Source: a virus (lineage: Duplodnaviria > Caudoviricetes). From it: a stretch of 64,000 nucleotides of DNA. The DNA is taken from the IMG/VR virus record IMGVR_UViG_3300027736_000043, positions 1,903 through 65,902 of that record; one strand, given 5' to 3'. A program made the translations under genes and the position numbers. This document shows, piece by piece, positions 1 through 8,850 of the stretch. The number at the start of each line of letters is the position of its first letter. Within the stretch, counting starts at the first letter, position 1. The notes under the pieces are model-generated. The model saw only the letters and a list, made by a program, of their open reading frames with translations, did not search any database and was not told the DNA's origin.

Positions 1-1383
1 GGAGTCTATGTTAAACCCACGCCATTTCATAAACATCTTGAATTCGTCATCTAGTTTTTGCACAATTAATGCTTGTAAACGCTCGCAATATTGGTTGAAT
101 CTATACTCTTGTATCAAGGCTGTGCCCACTTTTCCGTCGTTCATTGTAGCGCCGCTGTCGTCAGGACCAGTGGGCAAATAGCTGCTGGGCACACGTAGAC
201 CACGAGCCATTTTGTTGTTGAAATACTTCAAATCGTCAATTTCGCCCAAGTTTTGACCACCAGCTAAAGTGTCAATACTGCTGCCTCGTCCGTCTGCTGT
301 GACAGGAAAAAAGTAATCTTCGCCCACACTTAATGGGTTATAACTGGCATCCATCATGTTGGTTCCACCACCTGTTATGGTAGGAATACGCCGCTGATGC
401 ATTTCGTTTTTGACCCGTTCTACAAACGCCATGGCCAAGTGACTGGGCATATTGCCCACGTCAATTTTAAAGATCCTGCGTTCAGGAGCACGTTGCACAC
501 GATAGATCAAGATGGAGTCTTCCAGCAGTTGTTTTTGCTTGAACACCATGTAGATCTGTTCCAGTATGCTTTTGCCAAACGGCCAAAAAACATCCAGGCC
601 TTCGTTCAAACTCATGTGTACCACATGCTTGGCATCTAAACAAACTTCGTTCATGGCCTGCATGAATCTGCTGTTGCCCACGCCACCTCCAGTGCCGCCG
701 TTGGGCATGGTGTAGTTGGAAGATCCGCCCACACTGCCTGTTGTGGGGTTGGTCATGTAGTCTGTTGTGGTTTTAGCTGCCACACTCATGTTTTGAAAAT
801 TAGGATTGATGTCACGGATCACATACTGCTCGGGACGTTTGCCTTCGCTTTCGTTCACAATCACACGGGCCAGCTTGCTCATGTCCACCCACATCATTTC
901 AAATGTTTCTGGATCACGTACAAATATTTGATCCCCGTATTTGATGGTGTTGCGGAACAATTTGAATATGCGTTGGTCTAGCTTGTTCAGTTTGACCCAT
1001 TGCTGTAGCTGTTTCTTGATGATACTGATCTCGTGATCAGTGGGTTTTTCTTTGAAATCCACTTCAAACGGTGTGCCATTTTGCTTGTTGGGCTGTGTGC
1101 TAAATTCAGCTATGATGTCTAAACATGCATTAACTTCCGAGTCCATGTCCATGTTTTCATATTGATTGTAGCGTTCAATTCTGTTGGGATGACCACTATA
1201 CACTTCGGGCAAGCGGCTGGCATAGTTACGAAACACAAAGTCTGCTTGCACAGCAGTGCCGTCGTTTTTGCCGTAGTTGTCTAGGCCAAATTGGTTACGG
1301 CCCGATATAGGGCTGAGTTGTCCGGAAGTGTCGGCTACTTTGAAATATTTTTTCCAAGAGCCTTGTGATGTTTTTTCTGGCAT
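1..1383 (-). CDS. gp20: Portal vertex protein (T4 gp20 family), 3' end truncated by the window edge
   Basis: Not in the ORF track because it runs off the edge. Manual translation from ATG 1383 gives MPEKTSQGSWKKYF...RYNQYENMDMDSEVNACLDII...IYRVQRAPERRIFKIDVGNMP...EDYFFPVTADGRGSSIDTLAGGQNLGEIDDLKYFNNKMARGLRVPSSYL, which are hallmark gp20 motifs. Confidence 0.93.
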   Translation of the reverse strand, partial: MPEKTSQGSWKKYFKVADTSGQLSPISGRNQFGLDNYGKNDGTAVQADFVFRNYASRLPEVYSGHPNRIERYNQYENMDMDSEVNACLDIIAEFSTQPNKQNGTPFEVDFKEKPTDHEISIIKKQLQQWVKLNKLDQRIFKLFRNTIKYGDQIFVRDPETFEMMWVDMSKLARVIVNESEGKRPEQYVIRDINPNFQNMSVAAKTTTDYMTNPTTGSVGGSSNYTMPNGGTGGGVGNSRFMQAMNEVCLDAKHVVHMSLNEGLDVFWPFGKSILEQIYMVFKQKQLLEDSILIYRVQRAPERRIFKIDVGNMPSHLAMAFVERVKNEMHQRRIPTITGGGTNMMDASYNPLSVGEDYFFPVTADGRGSSIDTLAGGQNLGEIDDLKYFNNKMARGLRVPSSYLPTGPDDSGATMNDGKVGTALIQEYRFNQYCERLQALIVQKLDDEFKMFMKWRGFNIDS

Positions 1384-1390
1384 GATATGT

Positions 1391-1398
1391 TATTTACC
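1391..1398 (-). promoter_or_regulatory. T4-type late promoter (GGTAAATA) 7 nt upstream of the portal ATG
   Basis: Minus strand reads GGTAAATAACATATCATG. It resembles the T4 TATAAATA late box, and a gp55 homolog is encoded in the window. Confidence 0.6.
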
Positions 1399-1401
1399 GC
1401 A

Positions 1402-4400
1402 TTATGCTGTTGCTTGATAGGTTTTTTGTTGCCAATCCACACCAGTTTTTTGTACTCTGATCAACTCTTGGATTGCTGCCAGCAGCATTTCATTGGTATT
1501 ATTTTGATTAGATAATCCGTCTTTGAGATCTTTAAAGCTGTTTTCAAAACTGTTTGCTGCACCTGGTTGATATTTCTTTTCAATATCTGTTTTGGTAGCC
1601 ATAGTTTCAGCCAGCATTCTGGCCACATCTGCAGAGTTATCTAACTTGATATTCATGCCTTTGCTGTTGATTGTGGCCACATCTGAATCAATTGTTAGAT
1701 CTGACGCTCCTGAACTATTTTTATTATTTGGGCCTAGTGCAGCCATTTGATCAGCTTGCAATGCTGCTGCATCATTCATACGGCGGTCATTGGGCGCTAC
1801 TGATTCATTTGAGTTTTTGTTTGTTTTATTTTTTTGTTCACGATCAAGTTTGACTTGATTGTTGATGGCATCAAACAGTTGTGTCTGAGTGTTTATATCG
1901 TTTTTAAGTTGTTTTTCCCATTCTACTTTTCCCCGAACATCGTCGGACGTTTGGCCCATTGCAGGCAATTTTCCTATGCTTTCTAATAGATGGTTTATTG
2001 CAGTTTTTTGTTCTTGAATCAGATTTTCATACGATACTTTGCTGCCTACTAGGACTTCTGGCTGCAGATTATTAATTTTGACTTTTTTCTGGTCAGCAGT
2101 TAATTGGTTTTCGGCTTCAACTCTATCTTTGAGCGTTTTTTCTAATTCTTTTTCTGCTAGAACTTGGTTATTACGTGCTGCAACTAAGTTTTCATTTGCA
2201 TCTGTCAATTCTTTTAAACTGCCAGTTGCTTCAGTCAGCGAAGCCAACTGCTTTTCAGCAGCAGTTACAACTAATTTTGCTTTGTTAATTTTTTGTATTG
2301 CATCATTGTCGTTGACAGTTTCTTGTTTGTTACGTGATGCAATTAATTTTTCATTGGCACTTGTTACGTCTTTAAGACTACCAGTTGTTTCAGTTAACGA
2401 TGCAAGTTGTTTTTCGGCAGCGGTTACAATCAACTTTTGTATAGCAGTGATATCACCAATATTTGCTTGTTCATTGAATGAAGTGGTTAAGTTTTTATTA
2501 GCGCCAGTTAAATCTGCCCAGCTGCCAGTTGTTTCAGTTAACGATGCAAGTTGTTTTTCAGCAGCATTTACAACCAACTTTTGTATGGCAGTAATATCAC
2601 CAATATTTGCTTGTTCATTGAATGAAGTGGTTAAATTTTTATTGGCACCGGTTACGTCTTTCTGACTAGCAGTTGATTCGTTCATTGTTGCCAATTGCTT
2701 TTTGGCAGCATTTACAACCAACTTTTGTATAGCAGTTATATCACCAATATTTGCTTGTTCATTGAATGAAGTGGTTAAATTTTTATTGGCACCAGTTAAA
2801 TCTGCCCAGCTACTTGATGATTCTCTTAGAGAAGCCAATTGTTTTTCAATAGCAGTTACAACCAACTTTTGTATGGCAGTGATATCACCAATATTTGCTT
2901 GTTCTTTACGTGCTTCAATTAAATTTTTATCTGCACCTGTTAGTTCTTTCAAATTGCCAGTTGATTCTTTTAAAGAAGCCAATTGTTTTTCAATAGCAGT
3001 TACAACCAACTTTTGTATGGCAGCAGCGTCGCTGATATTTGCTTGTTCTTTACGTGCTTCAACTAATTTTTTATTTGCATCTGTTACGTCTTTTTGACTA
3101 GCAGTTGTTTCGTTCATTGTTGCCAATTGCTTTTCGGCAGCAGTTACAACTAACTTTTGTATGGCAGCAGCATCGTCAATTTTTGCTTGTTCTTTACGTG
3201 CTTCAACTAATTTTTTATTTGCATCTGTTATGTCTTTCTGACTAGCAGTTGATTCGTTCATTGTTGCCAATTGCTTTTCGGCAGCAGTTGTTAACTGTTG
3301 TATGGCAGTATTGTCGTTGATGTTTGCTTGTTTATTGAATGATGTAGTTAAATTTTCATTTGCACCAGTTAAATCTGCCCAACTGCCGTTTGTGTCGTTT
3401 AACAAGTCCAATTGCTGTTTAGCTGCGGTTACAGTTAATTTTTGTACTGCGGTAGTGTTATCATCAATTTTTGCCTGTTCATCATGTGCTGCAATTAATT
3501 TGTTAGTTGTGTCTGTTAGTTCTTGCCAATTACCATTTACGTCGTTTAAAGAATCAAGTTGTTTTTTAGCAGCAGTTGCAGTTGATTTTTGTATTGCAGC
3601 GTCATCGGCAAATTTTTCTCCTTTGCCAGGTTCAAACGCCATACTGAGTTTTTTATCTGCATCTTTTGTGCCAAATTTAGCCTGAAATTCTTTTAGCCAA
3701 TCGTAATACTCGTTTTTAACAGATGGTTTAAGTTTAGCTGTTTCGGGTTTGACTTCGGTAGACTTGTCTTTGTCAGGATCGTTTTTAAGAGCTGCTATCT
3801 GATCAGCACTTAAATTTGCTGTTTCTGGTTTGGCTGATTCAGCAGCAGGAGCAACAGGTTTGTTGCCACGAGCTTTTTTTAATTTTGTTTCAGCATCAAT
3901 TTTGGCATCAAGAGCTGTTTTAGCAGCATCAGTGGCAATTTTTTCTTCTTTACGTGCTTCAGTTAATTTTTTATTTGTTTCTATTAGATCTTTTTCTGCA
4001 CCGTTGGTCAGGTTCAACTCTGCAAATTGTTTTTCAGCATCTGACACTGCTGATTTTTTCTCTTCAAGACGTTTTTTTGCATTGTCGTATGCATCTGATG
4101 CTCGTTTCTGATCTTTTTCAAGTGAAATAATTTTTGCTGTTTTTTCAGCAGTTGTTGGTTCATTCACTGGTGCTGGTTGTGATTCAGGCTTGGGTGCAGG
4201 CTTGGGTGCCAAATTTGGATCATTTTTAGGCAAGTAGATGCCTTTTTCTGCTGCAAAAGGAACCAACAGACTTTTAGCCAGATTTGCAAGGTCTTGTGAT
4301 TGTTCTACTTGTCCTTTCACACCAGCAACATTCGTACCAAGTAATTTGCCATCTATTCTTTGCAATGTCTGTTGCAACAAGGTCATGATGTCTTGATTGT

Positions 4401-5748
4401 CTTTGATCAATGCTGCATACGATGCTAGCAACGGATCAGTGGGTTTTGCACCTGGTGGACCTTTGCCTGTTTTGTCTCGTTCTAAAAGAACTTGTTTGAA
4501 CTCATCCAGTGCTTTTCTGTCAGTGTACTGTTGTGCCAGTTGAGCTTCTTTGAAAGGTATTAAGAATTTTTCTCCTTCGCCAGTTTGATACGACATGTTG
4601 AATTTTTTGGCTGTTTCGCCAGCAGCTCCTAATGTGCTGTATGCACCTTCTATTCCTTTTTTAGCACCCGAAGTAACATCACGAATGTCTGTTAAAATTT
4701 GACCTTGTGTACTTGTGTTGGCTTTTTGTGCTGCTTCTGTATTCATCATTCCGGTTGTTAAATCACGGAATCCTTGTGCCAACGCCGGAGATACCTTTGC
4801 CAATGCTATATTTTGTTGTTCAAGTTGTTCAGCAGCCGCAATTTGTTGGGCATCACCACTGGCTTTCATAGCAGCTATTTTGGCACCAAATCTTTGTTCG
4901 CTCAGTGCTGCTTCTCTTATGGATTGTTGTTCTTTTCGACTTACTCCTAATAGTTTAGTCAATGCATCTTGTTCGTAGAGATATTTTCGTGTTCCGTCGA
5001 TCAATTCATCTGTGGACATTTTTTGAGATCTACCAGAAAGATTTTGCAATCTGATGTAACCCATCATGCCTTCGTTTATCTCGTCTTGAGTCATTCCCAG
5101 AGCAAACAATTTTTCTCTTTCACCTTCAAGTGCCTGAGATAGATTATCAAATTTGCGTCGACCATCAAACGCACTTTTACCAAACATTGCCAATTCTTGA
5201 CTGTTGCTGTTGACCAAGTTGATGTAGTTGCCTAATTTGCTGATGCTCAACCCGGTCTTGGCTGCACTGTTTGCAACCCCAGACATGCCTTCGCTGGCAA
5301 TGGTACCACTGCCGCTTAGTTTATTGTATGTTTCATATTCTTGTTGTGCCTGTAGGTTGGATTTTTTTGCTAAATCAGTTAATGCGCCAACAGCCGTGAC
5401 CGCCGCCGCTCCCAACGCTTTTACTCCAAGCCCGCCAGGAATCAACAGGGCCAGTGTCTCTATAAATTTACCAACTGCTCCACCTACTTGGCCTATCGAA
5501 TTGTTAAAAGATTCTACGCCCAGCTGTCCTTCGTACACAGCACCAGCGAATGATCCTACTGATCTGGCCAAAGTTTGCAAACTTTGGCCTGCACCTTGGG
5601 CAGCTTGTTTAAGTAGATAATCTGATTCTGTTCTTTGCCGCGTTGCTGAAGAAGCACCAGCAGTCAAATTAGCATAGCGGTCAAATTCACCGTTGAGTCT
5701 GCTCAACTGCGCCGATATTGCATTTACTTCGTCATTTAAGTCAGCCAT
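1402..5748 (-). CDS. Probable tail tape-measure protein (1448 aa) with an internal repeat array
   Basis: Long Ala/Gly/Lys/Gln-rich helical protein with an N-terminal hydrophobic Gly/Ala stretch. Divergent from a tail chaperone-like pair. The call rests on composition and context. Confidence 0.6.
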   Translation of the reverse strand: MADLNDEVNAISAQLSRLNGEFDRYANLTAGASSATRQRTESDYLLKQAAQGAGQSLQTLARSVGSFAGAVYEGQLGVESFNNSIGQVGGAVGKFIETLALLIPGGLGVKALGAAAVTAVGALTDLAKKSNLQAQQEYETYNKLSGSGTIASEGMSGVANSAAKTGLSISKLGNYINLVNSNSQELAMFGKSAFDGRRKFDNLSQALEGEREKLFALGMTQDEINEGMMGYIRLQNLSGRSQKMSTDELIDGTRKYLYEQDALTKLLGVSRKEQQSIREAALSEQRFGAKIAAMKASGDAQQIAAAEQLEQQNIALAKVSPALAQGFRDLTTGMMNTEAAQKANTSTQGQILTDIRDVTSGAKKGIEGAYSTLGAAGETAKKFNMSYQTGEGEKFLIPFKEAQLAQQYTDRKALDEFKQVLLERDKTGKGPPGAKPTDPLLASYAALIKDNQDIMTLLQQTLQRIDGKLLGTNVAGVKGQVEQSQDLANLAKSLLVPFAAEKGIYLPKNDPNLAPKPAPKPESQPAPVNEPTTAEKTAKIISLEKDQKRASDAYDNAKKRLEEKKSAVSDAEKQFAELNLTNGAEKDLIETNKKLTEARKEEKIATDAAKTALDAKIDAETKLKKARGNKPVAPAAESAKPETANLSADQIAALKNDPDKDKSTEVKPETAKLKPSVKNEYYDWLKEFQAKFGTKDADKKLSMAFEPGKGEKFADDAAIQKSTATAAKKQLDSLNDVNGNWQELTDTTNKLIAAHDEQAKIDDNTTAVQKLTVTAAKQQLDLLNDTNGSWADLTGANENLTTSFNKQANINDNTAIQQLTTAAEKQLATMNESTASQKDITDANKKLVEARKEQAKIDDAAAIQKLVVTAAEKQLATMNETTASQKDVTDANKKLVEARKEQANISDAAAIQKLVVTAIEKQLASLKESTGNLKELTGADKNLIEARKEQANIGDITAIQKLVVTAIEKQLASLRESSSSWADLTGANKNLTTSFNEQANIGDITAIQKLVVNAAKKQLATMNESTASQKDVTGANKNLTTSFNEQANIGDITAIQKLVVNAAEKQLASLTETTGSWADLTGANKNLTTSFNEQANIGDITAIQKLIVTAAEKQLASLTETTGSLKDVTSANEKLIASRNKQETVNDNDAIQKINKAKLVVTAAEKQLASLTEATGSLKELTDANENLVAARNNQVLAEKELEKTLKDRVEAENQLTADQKKVKINNLQPEVLVGSKVSYENLIQEQKTAINHLLESIGKLPAMGQTSDDVRGKVEWEKQLKNDINTQTQLFDAINNQVKLDREQKNKTNKNSNESVAPNDRRMNDAAALQADQMAALGPNNKNSSGASDLTIDSDVATINSKGMNIKLDNSADVARMLAETMATKTDIEKKYQPGAANSFENSFKDLKDGLSNQNNTNEMLLAAIQELIRVQKTGVDWQQKTYQATA
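2165..3606 (-). repeat. About 10 tandem degenerate 144-bp (48-aa) repeats inside the tape-measure gene
   Basis: atttgcttgttcattgaatgaag recurs at 2461, 2605 and 2749 (period 144). The unit is QANIGDITAIQKLVVxAAEKQLASLxExxxSWADLTGANKNLTTSFNE, with ten AIQK/AVQK/AIQQ cores. Confidence 0.92.
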
Positions 5749-5756
5749 GTATTGTA

Positions 5757-5785
5757 CACCTATAAGTATTGTATATTTATAGGTG
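5757..5785. promoter_or_regulatory. Palindromic divergent promoter/RBS element
   Basis: CACCTATAAGTAT-TGT-ATATTTATAGGTG is an inverted repeat. It holds TATAAGTA (+, 5761-5768), TATAAATA (-, 5774-5781) and an AGGTG RBS on each strand. Confidence 0.7.
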
Positions 5786-5789
5786 ATTT

Positions 5790-6632
5790 ATGACTCAATT
5801 TTCTAACCCGTTAAAACAATATTTTCGGCAACCAGCAATCTACATGCGTTTGCCCACAGGAGGAAAATATTGGCCAGCTGGCACCATTGACATACCTCAA
5901 AACGGTGAAATACCAGTTTACCCAATGACTGCCATTGACGAAATAACTTATCGTACTCCTGATGCGTTGTTCAACGGGCAAGCAGTGATCAGTGTGATAC
6001 AAAGCTGCATACCCAACGTTAAAAATGCCTGGGCAGCACCTGCAGCAGACGTTAACAGTATGTTAGTTGCTATACGTTTGGCCAGTTACGGACATGAATT
6101 AGAAATTTCTAGCACCTGCCCCAGTTGCGAAACTGTTGAAGATTATGCTGTAGATTTGCGACATGTGTTGGATCAATTGAAATTGCCCGACTTTGAATCA
6201 ACGTTACAGCATGGCGATTTAGAAATTGCATTTGCACCAGTCAGCTATGAACAACAAAACAAAAGCAATCAATCACAATTTGATGAACAACAAATGATAC
6301 GAAGTGCAACTGATTCGGACTTGTCTGAAGATGAAAAACTCAAACGACTCAACGATGCTATGCGACGTATCACTGAACTCACAATTGAAGCAATAAAATG
6401 GAGTATCTCTGGCATACGCACTCCTAGTGCTATTGTTAGCGAACAAGACTACATACATGAATTTTTACTCAATTGTGATCGAAAATTATTCAACATCATC
6501 CGTGATCACGTGATCAATTTGCGAAAAATTAGCGAACTAAAACCATTGGACATCAAATGTGGAAAATGTTCGCATGAATATCAACAAACAGTAACACTGG
6601 ATATGACAAGTTTTTTCGAGCCCGCCTCCTGA
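5790..6632 (+). CDS. T4 gp26-like baseplate hub assembly / tail chaperone protein
   Basis: N-terminal RQPAIYMRLPTGG and MTAIDEI motifs, two CxxC pairs (CPSC, CGKC), and a C-terminal ..SFF typical of gp26-like proteins. Confidence 0.65.
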   Translation: MTQFSNPLKQYFRQPAIYMRLPTGGKYWPAGTIDIPQNGEIPVYPMTAIDEITYRTPDALFNGQAVISVIQSCIPNVKNAWAAPAADVNSMLVAIRLASYGHELEISSTCPSCETVEDYAVDLRHVLDQLKLPDFESTLQHGDLEIAFAPVSYEQQNKSNQSQFDEQQMIRSATDSDLSEDEKLKRLNDAMRRITELTIEAIKWSISGIRTPSAIVSEQDYIHEFLLNCDRKLFNIIRDHVINLRKISELKPLDIKCGKCSHEYQQTVTLDMTSFFEPAS

Positions 6633-6658
6633 ATTCCACCGCCGAAGAAATCTCAAAA

Positions 6659-6847
6659 ATGGTAGATGATATGGAACAGGAGGCTGACGAGTTGCGACAA
6701 CAAAGTTTAAAAATGAGTTGGTACATGCGCGGCGGTTTGTCCTATGATGATGTACTGAGTTTGAGCTATCGTGAACGCACTATGGTCAGCGGGATAATCA
6801 AAGAAAATCTTGAAACTACTAAATCTAGCAGATTACCTTTCTTCTAA
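6659..6847 (+). CDS. Small gp51-like / tail chaperone C-terminal segment, possibly made as a -1 frameshift extension of the upstream gene
   Basis: WYMRGGLSYDDVLSLSYRER motif. The reading frame is open back to the slippery site T TTT TTC at 6611-6617. Confidence 0.6.
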   Translation: MVDDMEQEADELRQQSLKMSWYMRGGLSYDDVLSLSYRERTMVSGIIKENLETTKSSRLPFF

Positions 6848-7347
6848 TGGATATTATCACTGTCACACGAGACATACTGGCATGGTCAGAAACTTTTGTT
6901 GAAGTACCGCACCCTGCACTGGGCAACTGGGCACCTTGCCCGTTTGCACGGCAAGCACGGCTTCGAGGAACAGTGGGCATATTTGTTGGTCAAGAACCAT
7001 ACTTTGATCTTGAATCACGTGCCAGCTTAGGCATGCAACAATACGAAGTGATCATATATGCATACGATCCTACAGAATGGATTCGTGAAATTTTTTCGCC
7101 TAGATTACAAGCAGCCAATCAAGACTTTTTACTTGCAGCAGACTTGATTGTGTTAGAAGATCATCCTGCAGATGTTGAAGATGTCAACGGAGTGATTATG
7201 AATCAAGGCAAGTATGCATTGAGTTTGGTACAAAGTTTGAGTGATCTTGACCGTCGAGCAAAACAGATGGCTGACAAAGGATTTTATCATTCTTGGCCAG
7301 AAGATTATTTGCAAGGACTATTTGAAAATCGTCAGGACCCAAGATGA
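6847..7347 (+). CDS. Hypothetical protein, DUF1415-like
   Basis: W..FVE......NWAPCPFARQA motif reminiscent of the CPFA motif of DUF1415. Translationally coupled to both neighbours. Confidence 0.5.
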   Translation: MDIITVTRDILAWSETFVEVPHPALGNWAPCPFARQARLRGTVGIFVGQEPYFDLESRASLGMQQYEVIIYAYDPTEWIREIFSPRLQAANQDFLLAADLIVLEDHPADVEDVNGVIMNQGKYALSLVQSLSDLDRRAKQMADKGFYHSWPEDYLQGLFENRQDPR

Positions 7348-7787
7348 CTTATCAATTTGCAAGAATTGATCTTAGCAAGACCAATTATGAACCCGCTGTA
7401 GAGTGGCAGTACATCACAAGTCGAGAACCCGATGTGTTGGCCAAGTTAGATGCTATCTACAAAACTTATTGCACTTACAAACATTTTTCTAGTGTAATGC
7501 CCATGTTCCATTCTAGATACTGTGACCCAATGGCTGACTTGATTGGATATTATGATTCCAAAAAGCTGGTAGCATGGAGCCTGATACGTAAATTTGATCC
7601 GCACAATGCATTGTGCGACCAATTTGCATGGACTTATCACAAGCCAAAACTACGCATGGGAATAGAAACATTGAAAACAGAGTGTGCTATCTACAAACAG
7701 CAAGGATTCCAATACTTGTATCTAGAGCAAGCACACTTGTACAAGTCAGAAATAGACGGATTTGAAATATTAGGACCACTGGAGTAA
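7344..7787 (+). CDS. Aminoacyl(Arg/Leu)-tRNA-protein transferase C-terminal-like (ATE/Bpt, GNAT-fold) protein
   Basis: GYYDSKKLVAWS...FAWTYHKPKLRMGIETLKTECAIYKQQGFQYLYL...YK resembles the ATE_C pattern (Y-dg-kLvav...YDP....lslG..s.l.Ei..a...g..yyYLG....YK). Confidence 0.6.
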   Translation: MTYQFARIDLSKTNYEPAVEWQYITSREPDVLAKLDAIYKTYCTYKHFSSVMPMFHSRYCDPMADLIGYYDSKKLVAWSLIRKFDPHNALCDQFAWTYHKPKLRMGIETLKTECAIYKQQGFQYLYLEQAHLYKSEIDGFEILGPLE

Positions 7788-7790
7788 CAC

Positions 7791-8132
7791 ATGGATTTAT
7801 ATACAATTTGGGCAGACAAACAAGGCGATATCTCAGATCTTGAATGGGTCAACGGAATGAAAAGTTTTTTTGATCATTTGGTCAATGAAGACCGTATGGT
7901 CACGTATCGTATTACCCGATGCAAGATGGGCTTCCGAAGTATAGCAGACATGCCTGAGTGGATGATTATCATGGAGTTTCGTGACATGGGACAAATGGAC
8001 TCAGCATTCAAACGAGTAGCACCACTCAAAGGTGAGCTCGAAGATAAACATCGCAGCTTTAATCAGTTTGTGTCAGGCAATATACAACATGCATTGTTTA
8101 GAGATTGGCCAGATAATAACTTGGATGATTAA
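7791..8132 (+). CDS. Hypothetical protein, DUF6614-like (dimeric alpha/beta barrel-like)
   Basis: YTIWAD...YRITRCKMGF...PEWMIIMEF.D..Q.D.AF..V pattern. GGAG RBS upstream. Confidence 0.5.
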   Translation: MDLYTIWADKQGDISDLEWVNGMKSFFDHLVNEDRMVTYRITRCKMGFRSIADMPEWMIIMEFRDMGQMDSAFKRVAPLKGELEDKHRSFNQFVSGNIQHALFRDWPDNNLDD

Positions 8133-8580
8133 AAGACTTGCTACGCAAGTCTATTGATTTCGCTATCGCTCATCAATGTTGTTAAGAAGTTTTCATGTAG
8201 ATTGTTTTAGTCAGACGGAACCGTTTTGCACGGTTCCATCTTTTGTCCTCATGTGAGTTGTCACAGCCAAGACATTGGAAATAGGTGTTTTTACCGTGAT
8301 GCTAATGGGCTCTGATCTTTCCCTACCTACATCGACTCGCTGGCAACAGCGTCTTAGACCTCGTTCCTAGTGTCTAAGTTTTTATAGCACGGTTTTTCGT
8401 ATGCTAACATTCATACTATATCAATGCGTTGGGCGTATGGTTCTACCCTCAGACTCACTTCCGATTTTTCAGGATAGTCAGATCTACTGACGGGAGTGCA
8501 TCAATATGTCACGTGTCCGGTTATTCCCCGGTTTTTCCACAGCGGTATTACAAACTGGCCCGCCAACCTTAGGTGTTAGA
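8133..8580 (-). ncRNA. Candidate large structured non-coding RNA (~450 nt)
   Basis: No ORF of 60 aa or more in this gap between convergent genes. At least 8 stems, e.g. 8134-8152, 8214-8240, 8338-8351, and a long-range pair 8418-8427 with 8498-8507. Imperfect pairs are G-U on the minus strand but A-C on the plus strand. Confidence 0.6.
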
Positions 8581-8850
8581 TTAAAATGCTTCTCTTGGAA
8601 GCCACTTAAGAAATTTATTTTTACAAGTGATACAGATAAGTTTGCCTGCGTGTGGTCCTGACTGTAATTGGATACGATCTAATTTGTGATTTACATGGAT
8701 GCCTAAAAACTGCTTTTCTTTGTCTGACTGTTCTTGTTTATGTTTTTGCTGTTCGTGCCAGTTCTTGTCAAACCCTTCTTTTGGATTTGTCCAGTACTCG
8801 GAGTTCATGGTACTAGTCCAATTTTGTCGATTCCAAACAAGTTTGGTCAT
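8581..8850 (-). CDS. Hypothetical protein with a C-terminal zinc-ribbon-like motif
   Basis: H..KLICITCKNKFLKWL (PH-x-CxxC-x-KWL). ATGA overlap with the GIY-YIG gene. Confidence 0.6.
   Translation of the reverse strand: MTKLVWNRQNWTSTMNSEYWTNPKEGFDKNWHEQQKHKQEQSDKEKQFLGIHVNHKLDRIQLQSGPHAGKLICITCKNKFLKWLPREAF

Noticed and set aside
2165-3606. Regularly spaced repeats as a possible CRISPR array
   Set aside because: The units are in-frame coding 144-mers without unique spacers, and no cas genes are present.
2039-5620. Plus-strand ORFs of 87-208 aa opposite the tape-measure gene
   Set aside because: Antisense shadows of a repetitive coding sequence, with no RBS or motifs.
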